DNA from: Octopus sinensis
Lineage: Eukaryota
Assembly: GCF_006345805.1 (NCBI RefSeq)
Contig: NC_042997.1
Location: forward strand, 109,430,001-109,494,000
Reading direction: 5' to 3'
Length of the DNA stretch: 64,000 bases
Positions 12,970 to 26,596 of this stretch are shown one piece after another. Numbering within the stretch: the first letter of the stretch is position 1; every line of letters begins with the position of its first letter. The notes below the pieces were generated by a model. It searched no databases. It saw only the letters and a program-made list of their open reading frames with translations, and was not told where the DNA came from. The position numbers and the translations under genes are program-made.

Positions 12970-13135
12970 ATAGAGAGAGTTGAAATTCATAGAAAAACAA
13001 AAGACGAAGACAAGTGTATGAACAACAAGCAAGTGTATTAGATTGAAGCTCAGGAAAATGAAAAAGTCTTTTACGGTTCGAGCCTACGTTCTTGAACAGA
13101 AAGGAATAGGAGAAAATAAGCAGAGACAAAATGAA
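12970..13135 (-). repeat. Dispersed repeat carrying a degenerate hammerhead motif (13068-13103); partial second copy at ~16212-16275
   Basis: GTTGAAATT...AAAAGACGAAGAC(A/G)(A/G)GTGT...AACAAC(A)A is shared between 12975 and 16212. The minus strand reads CTTT-CTGTTCA-A-GAAC(GTAG)GCTC-GAAC-C-GT-A-AAAG. Confidence 0.7.
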
Positions 13136-13199
13136 AAAAAAAACAACTTGTAGATTACGGCGGTCCAGCATTTCCTAATTTTTAATAGCTTAATCGGTA

Positions 13200-13375
13200 G
13201 CACATCTGATATTAGCAGATTTCGTTTCTGTTTTTTCGTTCTAAACTCATATTCTGCCAAGGTCGACTTTGCCTTTCTCCTTTCCGAGGTCAATGAAACA
13301 AATACCAGTCAGGTTCTGGCATCGATGTAATCAACTAGGTCCAGCGCGCCTCCAAATTCCAGGCCTTGTGCCTAT
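13200..13375 (+). mobile_element. SINE family A-related, old subfamily with a short tail
   Basis: Core GCCAAGGTCGACTTTGCCTTTCTCCTTTCCGAGGTC plus the tail CCAAATTCCAGGCCTTGTGCC, also seen at 16500-16565 and 32720-32770. Confidence 0.75.
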
Positions 13376-13383
13376 GATAATAA

Positions 13384-13415
<32 letters not shown>

Positions 13416-13422
13416 TTACAAA

Positions 13423-13656
13423 GGCGGCGAGCTGGCAGAAACGTTAGCACGCCGGGCGAAATGCGTAGCCGTATTTCGCCTGCCGTTACGTTCTGAGTTC
13501 AAATTCCGCCGAGGTCGACTTTGCCTTTCATCCTTTCGGGGTCGATAAATTAAGTACCAGTTACGCACTGGGGTCGATATAATCGACTTAATCCGTTTGT
13601 CTGTCCTTGTTTGTCCCCTCTGTGTTTAGCCCCTTGTGTGTGTAGTAAAGAAATAA
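13423..13656 (+). mobile_element. SINE family A, full length (~235 bp), inserted in (GTA)n
   Basis: GGCGGCGAGCTGGCAGAAACGTTAGC (A-box-like) ... GAGTTCAAATTCC (B box) ... AAAGAAATA; near-identical copies at 33311, 45624, 57080 and 61754. Confidence 0.95.
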
Positions 13657-14081
13657 GTAGTAGTAGTAGTAGCAAGTCGACAAAGCACTTGATTTTTGAT
13701 CTCGTATGTTACACTTCCCTTCAAAAACGATCTACTTTTAAGTTTTCTTCAAAAAGTAAAGAGGATGGATGGTGCCAAGAAGCAGAAGAAGAAGAAAAAG
13801 GAAAAGAAGGATTCTTTTTAAAAAAAATATATATAAACGTAAATAAATGCCAGAAGAGGAAATCCTTGTAAATAGAACATGTCAACCGTCTCAACGAACT
13901 AACCTGGCTGTGTCTTTAAATATAGATAGGTTATTGCTCGCTTTCTCCCCCTCTCGTGCATCTCCTCACCCCACACACACATGTATATATATATGTATGT
14001 ATGTGTGTATATATATATCTATCATATATACATATACACATACATACATACATATATGTATTTATGTATGTATATATATAT

Positions 14082-14131
<50 letters not shown>

Positions 14132-14132
14132 A

Positions 14133-14176
<44 letters not shown>

Positions 14177-14563
14177 ATGTATATATATATATACCTATAT
14201 ATAATATATGGCTGAATGGATGTGTATTCCATATTTTATGAATATTTATCCCTCGATTAGGGGTATCCATCCATGAGGAATCCTATTGATCTGTTCCCAG
14301 AAAAATCTGTCATATATTGCCGACAGCCAAGTGAACTGAGGTGATGCAGAATTAATCGTGATCAGATACGTGTCTACCTTAGTGACTTCGCCATTTTGGC
14401 TTCTAGCATATTCCACCATACTGATGATTAAATTTACTCAAATGTGCAGAAGGAGAGAAATAAGGCAAAACGTGGTTTTGGACATAATGTTGCCTACCTG
14501 TACTGCATCTCTATCTCAGATCTGATGAGCTTCAGTTTGCTACCATTGTTTGTTTCTCTCTCC

Positions 14564-14638
<75 letters not shown>

Positions 14639-15316
14639 TTCTTTCTTTCTTTCTCTCTCTGTATATTTTTAGCTAAGTAAACAAACGGAAACACATTTGC
14701 TTTTAAAAATACAAAACTGAAAATATATAATTTTTGCCGTTGTACTACAGCGTTTCAAGTTCGAATTCTCTGCGCAGATTGTTCTTTTTGTCAACATCAT
14801 TTCACAAGACAGGAAGGAAACGAAAAGAAAATGTTCAGGGTCAGTAATGTACTTGGGGCTCAGGTGGACAAACATAAAGTTTTATCCGATTATCAGTAAA
14901 TAGGTCAGGGCATTATGTCATAAACCTTCCGTTATTTGCTCCGAGTTTCTTCAACAGACACTAAAGCTTCGAGATCATACTCGCTTGCCAGTGACGGCGA
15001 AGTTTTATAAGAATTATTGATCTGCATCGATCTTCCTCTAAAAACTATAACTTCCTGAAGTGCCTAAATTCAGTACGACGTTACTTTCATTTTTGTTTTC
15101 ACTCATTAAAGAAAAGAGCAGGAATTATCTGGCTCGAAACAGCATCAACAGCTACAATAACAGCAACAACACCATAATCGAAATTCACGGTAATGTATAA
15201 TCCTGTTTAAGTATTCCGAACTCAGGCCGTCTTCATAGTGTATTAAGGAGTGTTCTGGAGAAGCGGTGGTTGTGGTGGTGGTGGTGGTGTGGTGGTGATG
15301 TTGCTGCTGCTGCTAC

Positions 15317-15350
<34 letters not shown>

Positions 15351-15455
15351 GCTGCTGCTGCTACTGGAGGAGTCTGACTAGTATTGTTGCAATTTGTGAC
15401 ATCTCATCAGTGACTGCACCTCAGATTTTCATTGATCCACGCAGTATATAACATA

Positions 15456-15792
15456 GTGGAGGCATACGGCATAGTGGGTAGAGCGTCGCGCTAACAGTTA
15501 TGAAGTTGTGAGTTCGATTCCCGGACCGGGCTGTGTGTTGTGTTCTTGAGCAAGACGCTTTACTCCAAGTTGCTCCAGTTCCCTCATCTGTAGAAATGAG
15601 TTGCGACGTCACAGATGCCAAGCTATATCGTCCTTTGCATTTCTCTTAGATAACATTGGTCGCATGGAGAGGAGAGGCTGGTTTACATGGTTGACTGATG
15701 GTCTTCCATAAACAACCTTACCCAGACTTGTGCCTGCGAGGGGAACTTTGTAGGGGCAATCCCATGGTCATTTATGACCGAAGGGGGTCTTT
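15456..15792 (+). mobile_element. SINE family C, full length
   Basis: tRNA-like head (GGCATAGTGGGTAGAGCG...GAGTTCGATTCCCGG); the body matches the reverse complement of 36025-36318. Confidence 0.9.
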
Positions 15793-16091
15793 ATACATAC
15801 ATATGATAAATTTCAAAGACATCATAGAATTAGGGTTCTACAATATTTGGTTACTTCCATATATCACGCTTTATCTTTCTGTCTATTCATGCCTCTATTT
15901 TTTTTATCTATATGTATTTATACATGCATACATCCATTTATTGTGTGTCTGTGTGTGTATGTATACATAGAAACATGCACATACATACACACATGTTGTA
16001 TTCATACGTATGTATGTAAGCAATTTTTCCATGTTTCCAAGTGTTTCATTATCCATATCCAGTTACACCATCGACAGCAAATATAAGTTGC

Positions 16092-16134
<43 letters not shown>

Positions 16135-16141
16135 ATATATG

Positions 16142-16175
<34 letters not shown>

Positions 16176-16374
16176 AGAAGAGAGAGAATGCGATTGATAG
16201 ATAGATAGATAGTTGAAATTTACAAAAAAGTAAACAAAAGAGAAGACGAAGACGGGTGTGTAAACAACAAACAGAAGTATGAATTATGAAACAGCTGTAA
16301 ACACGCAGAATGAATTATATCTACATCTCAGTTCTTCTGAATTTGAAGTATTACTTTCATATACTCCACAAGTT

Positions 16375-16565
16375 CAGCGAGCTGGTAGAGTTGTTAGCAC
16401 ACCGGACAATATGTTTTACGTTGTGAGTTCAAATTCCGCCGAGGTCGACTTTGCCTTTCAGCTTTTCGGTATCCATTAAATAAGTATCAGTTGAATAATA
16501 GAGCCGATATAATCGACTCGCCCTTCTCTCCTGAAATTGCTCTCTTTGTTGGCCAAAATTTGAAA
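16375..16565 (+). mobile_element. SINE family A-related, degenerate
   Basis: GAGCTGGTAGAGTTGTTAGCAC...GAGTTCAAATTCCGCCGAGGTCGACTTTGCCTTTCA. Confidence 0.85.
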
Positions 16566-16805
16566 TCATTATTATATTCTCCATCTTACCGCGTTAGAAG
16601 AACAACCTGAATTGTGAAGCCAGGAATTGCGATTCGAGACTAATGATTGTTATAAGATGTGTGTGTGGAAGCATGTATGCATGTGCGTTTGGACGCGTGT
16701 GTGTGTGCATATATATAAGACATATTTATGTAAGACATATTTATGTGTGTGTGTGCATATATATAAGACATATTTATGTATATATGTCGGTGTATTTGTA
16801 TATTA

Positions 16806-17211
16806 CTCTTTTACTCTTACTTGTTTCAGTCATTTGACTGTGGCCATGCTGGAACATCGCCTTTAGTCGAGCAAATCGACCCCCAAGAATTATTCTTTGT
16901 AAGCCTAGAACTTATTCTATCAGTCTCTTTGCCGAAGCGCTAAGTTACGGGGACGTAAACACACCAGCATCAGTTGTCAAGCGATGGAGGGGAAACAAAC
17001 ACAGACACAGAAACATATACACACACACATACATATATACATATATACATATATACATATATACGACAGGCTTCTTTCAGTTTCTGTCTACCAAATCCAC
17101 TCACAAGACTTGGGTCGGCTCGAGGCTATAGCAGAAGACACGCAGTGGGACTGAACCCGGAACCATGTGGTTCGTAAGTAAGCTACTTACCACACAGCCA
17201 CTCCTGCGCCT
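16806..17211 (-). mobile_element. SINE family B, full length, with internal (CA/TA)n microsatellite
   Basis: The minus strand starts AGGCGCAGGAGTGGCTGTGTGGTAAGTAGC...GGGTTCAGTCCC (tRNA-like head). The internal repeat spans ~17005-17062 and the tail is ...GACTGAAACAAGTAAGAG. Confidence 0.93.
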
Positions 17212-17393
17212 ATTATATTATATACAAACATTATATTTGTATGTACATATATATATGAGCGCGCGTGTGTATCTATCTATATATATATATATATCTGTGT
17301 GTGTATGTGTGTGTGTGTGTATTTTCACATTTTAGTGTATATTCTGTGTGAAAGGTGTAGTTAAAATCTTACCTCATAAGATACACACACACA

Positions 17394-17429
<36 letters not shown>

Positions 17430-17770
17430 TGTATGTATGTATGTATGTATGTATACATACAGCAAAGATGCCGTTTTGCTCTTTCTGTTTTTTAAAGAAC
17501 TCTGCATTTCCACTTGACAGCAAGTGTATTAATGCCGTAATGCATTTTTGACATCTCGGCTTCAAGTGAGACCTCTTGATAAGCTGCCAATTATGAAAGA
17601 ACCAATATGGTGGAAAACAATAGGCGGAGCGATTGACTCAAAATACACAATAGCACCGTTACTGACCTGTTAAATACACAAGTAGGAGAGGCTATGGCAT
17701 CTATCTATCTACCAATATATCTGTGTGTGTGTGTGTGTAGATTTTGTATGAACGTACGTTTGTGTGTGTT

Positions 17771-17821
<51 letters not shown>

Positions 17822-17830
17822 ATATATATG

Positions 17831-17875
<45 letters not shown>

Positions 17876-18251
17876 TTATATTTATATATATATATATATA
17901 TGCATGTATACACACATATAGATGTGTTTTTCTACTTCATTTATATAGTATATAGATATTTATATATTCTCTTTATCTATCTTATGGTTTACTCAATTAC
18001 ACATACACACACAAACGTTCTTTCTCCCTCTCACTCTCACACAAATACATACAAAATATACATGTGCGTATGTGTGTATATATATGTATATATATATATT
18101 AATGTGTGTTGGTGTGTATGTGTGTGATTGTGCATATATAGAAGTAAATAAATAATATGTAATCAGATCGATGGATCGATGGATAGAAAAGAGAGAGAAA
18201 GAGAGAGTGATAGGGAGAAAAAATATATATGGAACTATAGATATATATTTA

Positions 18252-18296
<45 letters not shown>

Positions 18297-18386
18297 TGTC
18301 TGTGTAAGTAAATATTTGCTCCTCACTCCCCATCAGTGACTTTGACTTTGTTTAGTCCTACTTTCTCTCCCTCGCGCACACAAGCG

Positions 18387-18427
<41 letters not shown>

Positions 18428-19001
18428 CTACACAGAGAAATATCTGAATCTGTGAAGGTTTCCTTGTTCGCCATCTTGCTGAAACCTTACCATTTGCTCG
18501 CCTTTCACTCTCCTGCCATCCATCTTGTTATCCTACAGTCACCTCCTCTCTCCCAACACGGATATTTTACTGTATAAATAAATACCCAGCTACATGCACT
18601 TTATTCTGCATTTGTCGATTCCATTTTCAAAAGAACGGTTGCATAGCTACAAAGGATTATGTCTTCTGTAGATTATATATTTCTATTGGCATCATGCCAA
18701 TTCCCTGATGGGAATTGCAAGCATACAGGGGGTACTACAAAATAACTTCTCCTTTCTATTGCACCCTGGTTACCGCTGGGGAAGCTATTGCACCAGATAT
18801 ACTCAAACATTAGAAATCTTTCCCACACCTGCTATTTTACAAACCCATCGTTGTTTCATGCCCAAAATTCCGATGGAAAAGTCACAGTAGCACAAAAACC
18901 TTTCACTTTTGTATGATTAGCCAAAAGTAAATTTCCGAATGGATTTTTGGTTTTGTATCTTGATACAAGCTCAACAATTTCGGGATAAAGAGATTCAGTC
19001 C

Positions 19002-19515
19002 TTACATCGACCCCGGTGTTTCTCTGGTACTTGATTTATTGATCCCGAAAGGATGAACGGCAAAATCGACCTCTGCAGAATTTGAACTCAGAACGTAGCG
19101 ACGGACGAAATACTTCTAGGCATTTCGTCCAGCGTGCTAACGACTCTGCCACTGGTACTTATTTTATCGAGCCTGGGTGGGTGGGTGAAAGGCTAAGCTG
19201 ACCTCGGTGACATTCGAACTCAGAACGTAAAGTCGTATGAAATGCCGCTAAGCATTTTACTCACCGTGTCAACGATTCAACCAGCCCGCCGCCTTGTTTC
19301 CAATAAATAACCTTTCTACTGTAGACACAAGGCCTGAAATTCTTGGGAAGGAGACTAATCGATTACATCGACCCCAGTGTTTTCTCTGGTACTTGATTTA
19401 TCGATCCCGAAAGGAAGAACGGCAAAATCGACCTCTGCAGAATTTGAACTCAGAACGTAGCGACGAACGAAATACTTCTAGGCATTTCGTCCAGCGTGCT
19501 AACGACTGCCAGTCG
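19002..19515 (-). mobile_element. Three adjacent SINE-A-related units (19002-19151, ~19152-19292, ~19325-19515)
   Basis: Each has the reverse complement of the SINE-A head and core. Confidence 0.88.
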
Positions 19516-20324
19516 GTCGCCTTATTTCCAATAAATATCGCGCTTTTGAGGATGTCTTGTATATCTGTTCTTCATAGCTGCAAGCCATCGTTTCGAATCC
19601 CGCGGTTCACTGTTCAAATAATAATTTGTCATTGGTCGGCAAATATTCAGCGAGAACAAACTGCTCGATAAAATTATAAGCGGGGACCATCATTTTTTGT
19701 CTGATTCGTTCCTCTGGGTGCTTCCAGCTTATGAGACAGAACATGTCGAAACACCGGTGTTCCAGAACCCCTGGCATTAATGAAACGCGTGTTATGAACA
19801 CAGTCGCTGTAAGGGACACGCTCCTGTGACAAATACAACAGCGATTAGCTTATTTGTGTTGGAATCTGTTGGAAGATATTAATGATAAACATGTGAGTCG
19901 TTGTTTTCGAATCTCGCTGATCACCGGGAAAATGATGATTTATTCTTGTGCTTATAACAAAACAGGAAATAAAGAGAAAAGAAACGTTATGTTGATCGGA
20001 CATTTTAAATCTGTTCAGAATGGACTCAATATGAGGTTAGGTTTAATCTCTGAAATGACGACCAGCATTCCATCAAGAAAAGATCAGTGATATTGTGGGA
20101 CACTGTATAAATATCAGAATAAAACCTGAAAATAGTTTGTTTTGACACTGTAATAATTACAAAAGCTGAATGCTACAGATTTCGTCCAAGACAGACCTGA
20201 TATAACGAATACCAGTTGTATTCATATAATTGTATATTGAATTAAAGGGTTATTAACGGAAACACACTCCATCACAATAGATCGACATTTTCTTTTTAAT
20301 ATTCTGTTTCACATCTTTTATTAT

Positions 20325-20705
20325 TTACTTATTTCAGTCATTGGACTGCGGCCATGCTGGAACACCGCCTGGTAACGTTAAGTCGAACGACCGCAGTACC
20401 TATGATTTCCTTTTCTAAAGTCTGTTATTAATCACTTTTGTCAAACTGCTTGGTTAAGTGAGCATAAACGAACCAACGTCGGTTGTCAAGCTGTGGGGAA
20501 TGTCAAACACAAACACACACACACACATAGACAAATGTATCAGTATACGACGGGCTTCCACACAGTTTCCATCTGTCACATTCACTCACAAGTTGTTGGC
20601 AAGCCCGGGGTATAGTAAAAGAAACTTGCCCAAGTTGCTGTACAGAGAGACTGAACTCGAAATCAAATCGTTTGAAGCTTGCTCTTTAACCACACAACCA
20701 AGCCT
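20325..20705 (-). mobile_element. SINE family B, degenerate full-length copy
   Basis: Colinear with 16806-17211 and has a short internal CA tract. Confidence 0.85.
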
Positions 20706-20749
20706 GCACCTAGAGACGTATAAAAGCATATTTCGTTGTAAATCAAGGC

Positions 20750-20910
20750 GGTGAAGTGGCAGAATCGTTACCGCAGCATTTCGTCTGTCTTAACGTTCAG
20801 AGTTCAAATACCTCCAGGGTCGACTTAATCTTTCATCCTTTCGGGGTCGATAATTACCAGTTGAACGCTGGGGCCGATGTAATCAACTTACTCACTCCCA
20901 CGAAATTTAG
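20750..20910 (+). mobile_element. SINE family A-related, degenerate
   Basis: GGCGGTGAAGTGGCAGAATCGTTACC...GGGTCGACTTAATCTTTCATCCTTTCGGGGTCGATAA. Confidence 0.8.
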
Positions 20911-21129
20911 AAATCAATATTTTGTAGTAAATCAACGAAGCCAGACTGGATTTCTGTTATAAGAAATGGATTTATACCTAGAGGGCGCTGTAATGACCAA
21001 AAGGTATCACTGACAGCAATCGTTAAGGAATTCTCTCGTTGCTCTGGACACATATGAAGACATAGAGTGAGGAAATACTCCTCCACCCCCAAAATCTATG
21101 TGAATCTGAGTCTATTGTACAACCAATAA

Positions 21130-21335
21130 ATATTAGTTTCAAATTTTGCCACAAGGCCAGCAATTTCGGTAGAGGGAGTAAGTCGAATACATCAACCCAG
21201 TGCATAACCGGTACTTGTTTTATCGACCCCGAAAGGATGAAAGGCAAAGTTGACCCCGTTGGAAAGGGAACTCAGAACGTATAAACAGATGAAATGCCGC
21301 CAAGTACTTTTCCCAATGCGCCAATGGTTATGTCA
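21130..21335 (-). mobile_element. SINE family A-related, degenerate
   Basis: TTTTATCGACCCCGAAAGGATGAAAGGCAAAGTTGACC core on the plus strand. Confidence 0.82.
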
Positions 21336-21787
21336 GTTGGCCACTTTAAACAACCAATGAATATTTAAAATGGGATTATTGAATGATGAGTGATAACCAG
21401 TTTGCTCGTGACTAATCACCTTTAATTTAGGTTTCAAAGCTAATCTCTTTTTCTTTGTCAGTGTTGTTATTGTTATTTAGCCCTAGACCATGCCTGATCC
21501 AGGATACCCATGCAACAAACACATTCTAGCTATGATTATTTATTTATATATACGTCATATATCATTCAAAATGGCGTATACATAAATGTGTGTGTTTATT
21601 TGTATTAAACTTCGCCCCTGTTCATGATATTTACGTCCTACATTTGATATTCTATATCCAGATATATTGCGTATTCTCGCACATTTTACTACAGAAAAAA
21701 TATATGTATCTGTATTTATATATACATATATACATATGTATATATAATATATATATATATAGGTGTGTATATATATAATATATATAC

Positions 21788-21828
<41 letters not shown>

Positions 21829-24367
21829 ATAGGTGTATATGTATATATGTATTTATGTATATAGGTGTGTATTTATATACACACACATGTGTGCGTGGTA
21901 TGTGTACACACACTCACACGCACACGGAAGTACATAGACACATATACATACATGTAAATTTTAATTTATCATATTTGACGTAGCCTATTTGGATCAAAGG
22001 ATCCCCGCTCAGCATCCGTGTCAGTAATGGCAACATGATGCATCTTTTACACCTCAAGATATGGTTTATGTTTCGCCGTTAAATTTCAATAAAATATCTT
22101 TCATCTATTGTATTGTCCTATAAAAGGATACAAAGCGATTAAATGATTTGATCAGATGCACCGAATGAAGGAACTGAGCAATGAACATGTGACTCAATAA
22201 TTAAAACTTTAATATTTTAACTACTTGGAAATATCGCATTTCTGCTGTTAACCGACATATTAAAAATAAGCAAAAAAAAAACCCAGAAGATACGTAATAG
22301 GAATATTTTCCATAAAATTTCTTCCTCTTAGAATACATGTTGCGAAATGAAAAGGTTAAACTCGGATATTTTGTTAGAGGTAAATACGGCAAGAAAATGT
22401 CAAGTTTGGTTATTTTCCATTTTAAATTAATGTTTGCCACAAAATAGCAATGCTGGAGCTAGGCGAGGGAGGGGTTGGTTTGGTGTCAATAATTGTATGG
22501 AGAAAAACAGGAACATACTCAGAAAAATCTGTCTTATATGGAAAGTGGATGTGTGAGGTTAGATAAGGTAGAGATGTCTGTCGAGTTGATATGAAACTGG
22601 ATCGTCCAACTTGAACAGCAGTCAGGCATCTTGTTCAAACGAACCACACTAAAGCTATTTATAGTGATTTCACAATTTTAATGGAACTCTGATATTCGTT
22701 TTGACAAGAATGTCCAGCGTTCACTTTTGCTTTACTATTACCATATTTCTGTTGTTTTCTTTCTTTAGTGTAGCTGACGCTACTGCAAACATCAAAGAGC
22801 TGTGATAAAGCATTTTATGCTTCTGTAGCCATGCCTCAATAATTTCAATTGATATTCGCAATAAATGTATGCATGGAACATGGCTGTATGGATGCACGAA
22901 CATCCAATGCTGTGTTGTGATCATGCCATGTTAAGATGTAACCATTTCAGTTCATTTCTTGATATCTTCAAATGGCATCAATATTTCTGGAACTCATATA
23001 TTTCAATCACACTTGAATTGACAGCTAAGGTTAAATAAATATTCTATAAAATAACAACATTAAGGTTTAGTTAGAACTACCTCTAATAGACACACTATTT
23101 TAGGAAATGTAAACCAGCGCAAAGCATAAGTAGAAAACATTTTAAAGTGAAGAATTTTACTCTGCTAGAATTAAAATATTTAATTAGAAATAAATTTGAC
23201 GATATTTCCTTAAGAAACGAGTGTTGAAAGACCTTTAAAAGTAGCAAAGTAGTAGCGAGTGATCCAGAAATTCCTTCATATTTTGATTAACAAATCAAAT
23301 ATAATAAAAGACATATTATTGTGTTTCATGATTTCAGATTTCAAAAGATTCCGCTTATCGTTTAATGGAAGTGTATCACTCCAGCATCCACCATTTTATG
23401 GCTTCAAACGTAAACGATGCTTTATTGCTTTATTGCAAAACTTTAAAAAATAAACAACAAACAAACAAGTCCCTGCATATCGCGTTATTATTTCTTAGGA
23501 ATTCAAAACGGTGAATATTTACTACGCAGCATATTGTAGGGTTCCATCATTTTCAGTAATGTATTTTCGTAATATTATATTAAGAGTATTCTAGCGTTGG
23601 TTATTTACGTGACGTATCATCATAGTAGCATATTAAAAGTATTTCTTGAGGCGAACGATAAACATTTTGAGAATACTTTTATAATGAAGGACTACTTCAA
23701 ACATAGATTCCACAGCATTAACACGGCAGTCTTGTTTTCGTTTCTGTTCAGGAGCAGCTCCTTTCAAACTACCCCGAAAAAGGAACCCACCCACCTAATC
23801 TATAGACCTCCTTTAAAATGTTCAATAAGTTTCAGACACTTAAGCAACTACGTGGACACTTTATCTGTTAGAAATAGCGACCACATATTTTTCCATATTC
23901 TTTTAATGATATTCTACAATCTAAAATAAGAGATAAAAAAACGGTAGATTGGTACTTGATACTACTGGAATGGCGGGGTTAAGTTTTGATCTAATTTGTT
24001 CAAATATGTGATCAGTCAGGGTCGACTTGGGGCCAAAGGCCAAACACCAGAGCGTTAAACAAACGCTATGACTATGAACTCATTCCTGACCATAGACTGT
24101 TTGTCATCATTTTATTTCAGATGTACTCCACAACCTCCATTTCTAGGAGTTTCACAACAATCAGAAAGGAGCGAAATTTTATTGCACTGCATCCATGTTG
24201 GGACTCTGTCTCGAAAAGTTCGATCAAGCACATTGACCGCCGGTACATATTCTAAAGACAGGAGCTTATTCTATCGTCCTATTTTGCCGAACGTAAGTTA
24301 CGGGGATGTAAACCAACCAGCATCAGTTGTCAAGAGGTGAGGAGAGCAAACACAAATACACCAACCC

Positions 24368-24399
<32 letters not shown>

Positions 24400-24640
24400 C
24401 ATATATTTAAGTAGGTGAATGAATTATCCTATGTTTATCGTCAGCATGGAAAATTCGTTTAAACCGAAACCTGGGTAGCAAATTCACGTCCAAGAAACAC
24501 GGTTGAAGCGAGCTGTCAAGTGTAGAAACTCCGGGTTCATGTGTAGAAATTTGTGTGTTGTATATGAATAAATGAAAGAATGGTGTTGAATGAAGATGTT
24601 CACAAAATTCCGACTCCATTCTTTCATTTATATATATATA

Positions 24641-24685
<45 letters not shown>

Positions 24686-24686
24686 C

Positions 24687-24737
<51 letters not shown>

Positions 24738-26049
24738 GCACATACATATAGAGATGTACTTTAATCGCCGATGTCATTAATCTAATTTCATTTATTCCGT
24801 AACGCACCATTTCATTCAGTATCTTTTTCTTCTCTATCATTTTCTATTCGAAATCTTTATATATTTCTTCCTATTCTAAATGTTCCACTTTCTTCAACTC
24901 TTCACGATTCCATATTAAATAAGTCTTAATTTCACTATCCATTCTGATTGTAATTAAATTTCAACGATTTAACTAAATATCATTGTCTAACGACCACTTA
25001 GCATACGGCGACCATTTTAGATAGCCTCCGCTAATGTACTAGCTTTAAGATCTGTCTATTTCGACGCATATTCTTCACTGAACTTACAATTTTAAATATT
25101 ATTTCCTTGTTACAATAAATAATTTCTTTAATTTTGTATCAATCAACAAACGTATCAATCATCTAAAGCGCCCTCTGTACCCTCGGTACTTAAATAGTTT
25201 TAACTTTCTACTTGAATTCCTTCTCAACTCTTTAGCATCTCCCCACCTCATTTAATATAACCCTTTCCTCTCCAAACATAATACACTGACCACCATAGCA
25301 AACTACTGTAGATAGTAGGTATTCTTTAGCTAATACCTAACACCCTTCCCCCGGGGGTTAGTCCAGCTAACTGTTAATTGCACTATACTTATACCCCCAT
25401 ATGCTACGGCTATTATAGACAATCTTTTTCACACCATCACCACTTACCCATGCCATGTTACTTTCTATCTATCCTCAGTATTATGGCCTTGTTTTCTCTG
25501 CCACTTTTCCTTTAAACTGTTCGCTATATCTCACACTAGCAGTAGACCCAAGCTGTCTACTAAGGATCTAACTCATTCTTTCTCTGATGATGGAATAACT
25601 CGTTACTGCATGGATAGCCACGGTTCGTTTGCAAGCAAATGGTCCACCTGTTCATCAATTCTTGAATCTGAAGTGTGAGACTACCTGCACACTTCTTTCT
25701 TCCTTATGGTCTACTATCTTATAACAACTGAACCCACACGTTTAAATATACAAATGTTATAATCTAGCCTGACACCAGTTGTTTACTTGCTTATACTTTT
25801 ATTCTGTTATACACGTACCTGCTCAATTGAAAAATTATCTAAAGCCAATCCTCATTTAACCGGGTATAAAAGCCCTTATTTTAGTTGGAGCTCATGCTAA
25901 AGTTTAAGACAAGTCAACATGAGCACAAACTCTATGTATTGCTACCCTATATTATCCGTCATAAGATTACCTGGATTCTATATATACACACATATGTGTG
26001 TGTATACACATACATATATACATACATACATACATACACACATACATAT

Positions 26050-26080
<31 letters not shown>

Positions 26081-26106
26081 ATATGTGTGCATGTATATAT
26101 ATAAAT

Positions 26107-26152
<46 letters not shown>

Positions 26153-26229
26153 TATACATATATACATATATATATGTATGTGCCGCATACCGCAATCTTA
26201 TCTAGAGCTGGAATTTCTATAGTTACACA

Positions 26230-26427
26230 AATGATAATAGTTTCTACTAGAGCAACAAGGCCTGAAATTTTAGGGAGGATGAAAGCTAGTCAATTAAATC
26301 AACCCCAGTGTTCAACTGATACTTATTCTATCGACCCCAAAAGGATGAAAGGCAAAGTCGACCTCAGTGGAATTTGAACTAAGAACAAAGCATTTTGGTG
26401 CAGTATCAATTCTGCCAGCTCACCGCC
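26230..26427 (-). mobile_element. SINE family A-related, degenerate
   Basis: CGACCCCAAAAGGATGAAAGGCAAAGTCGACCTCAGTGGAATTTGAAC core. Confidence 0.82.
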
Positions 26428-26459
<32 letters not shown>

Positions 26460-26467
26460 TATAATAA

Positions 26468-26514
<47 letters not shown>

Positions 26515-26596
26515 TAACAATATAATAATAATAATAATAATAATATAATAATAATAATATAATAATAATAATAATAATAATAATGATAATAATAAA
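26428..26596. repeat. (TAA)n tract upstream of the LINE stack
   Basis: Direct reading. Confidence 0.97.

Noticed and set aside
19728-19761. Hammerhead-like string CTTATGA-GAC(AGAACAT)GTC-GAAA-CACCGGTGT-T
   Set aside because: The essential G5 is replaced by T and no stem I can form adjacent to the core; treated as chance or unrecoverably decayed.
24950-25800. Possible ancient LINE endonuclease region on the minus strand
   Set aside because: Only a purine-rich composition and vague motifs; no alignable catalytic residues.
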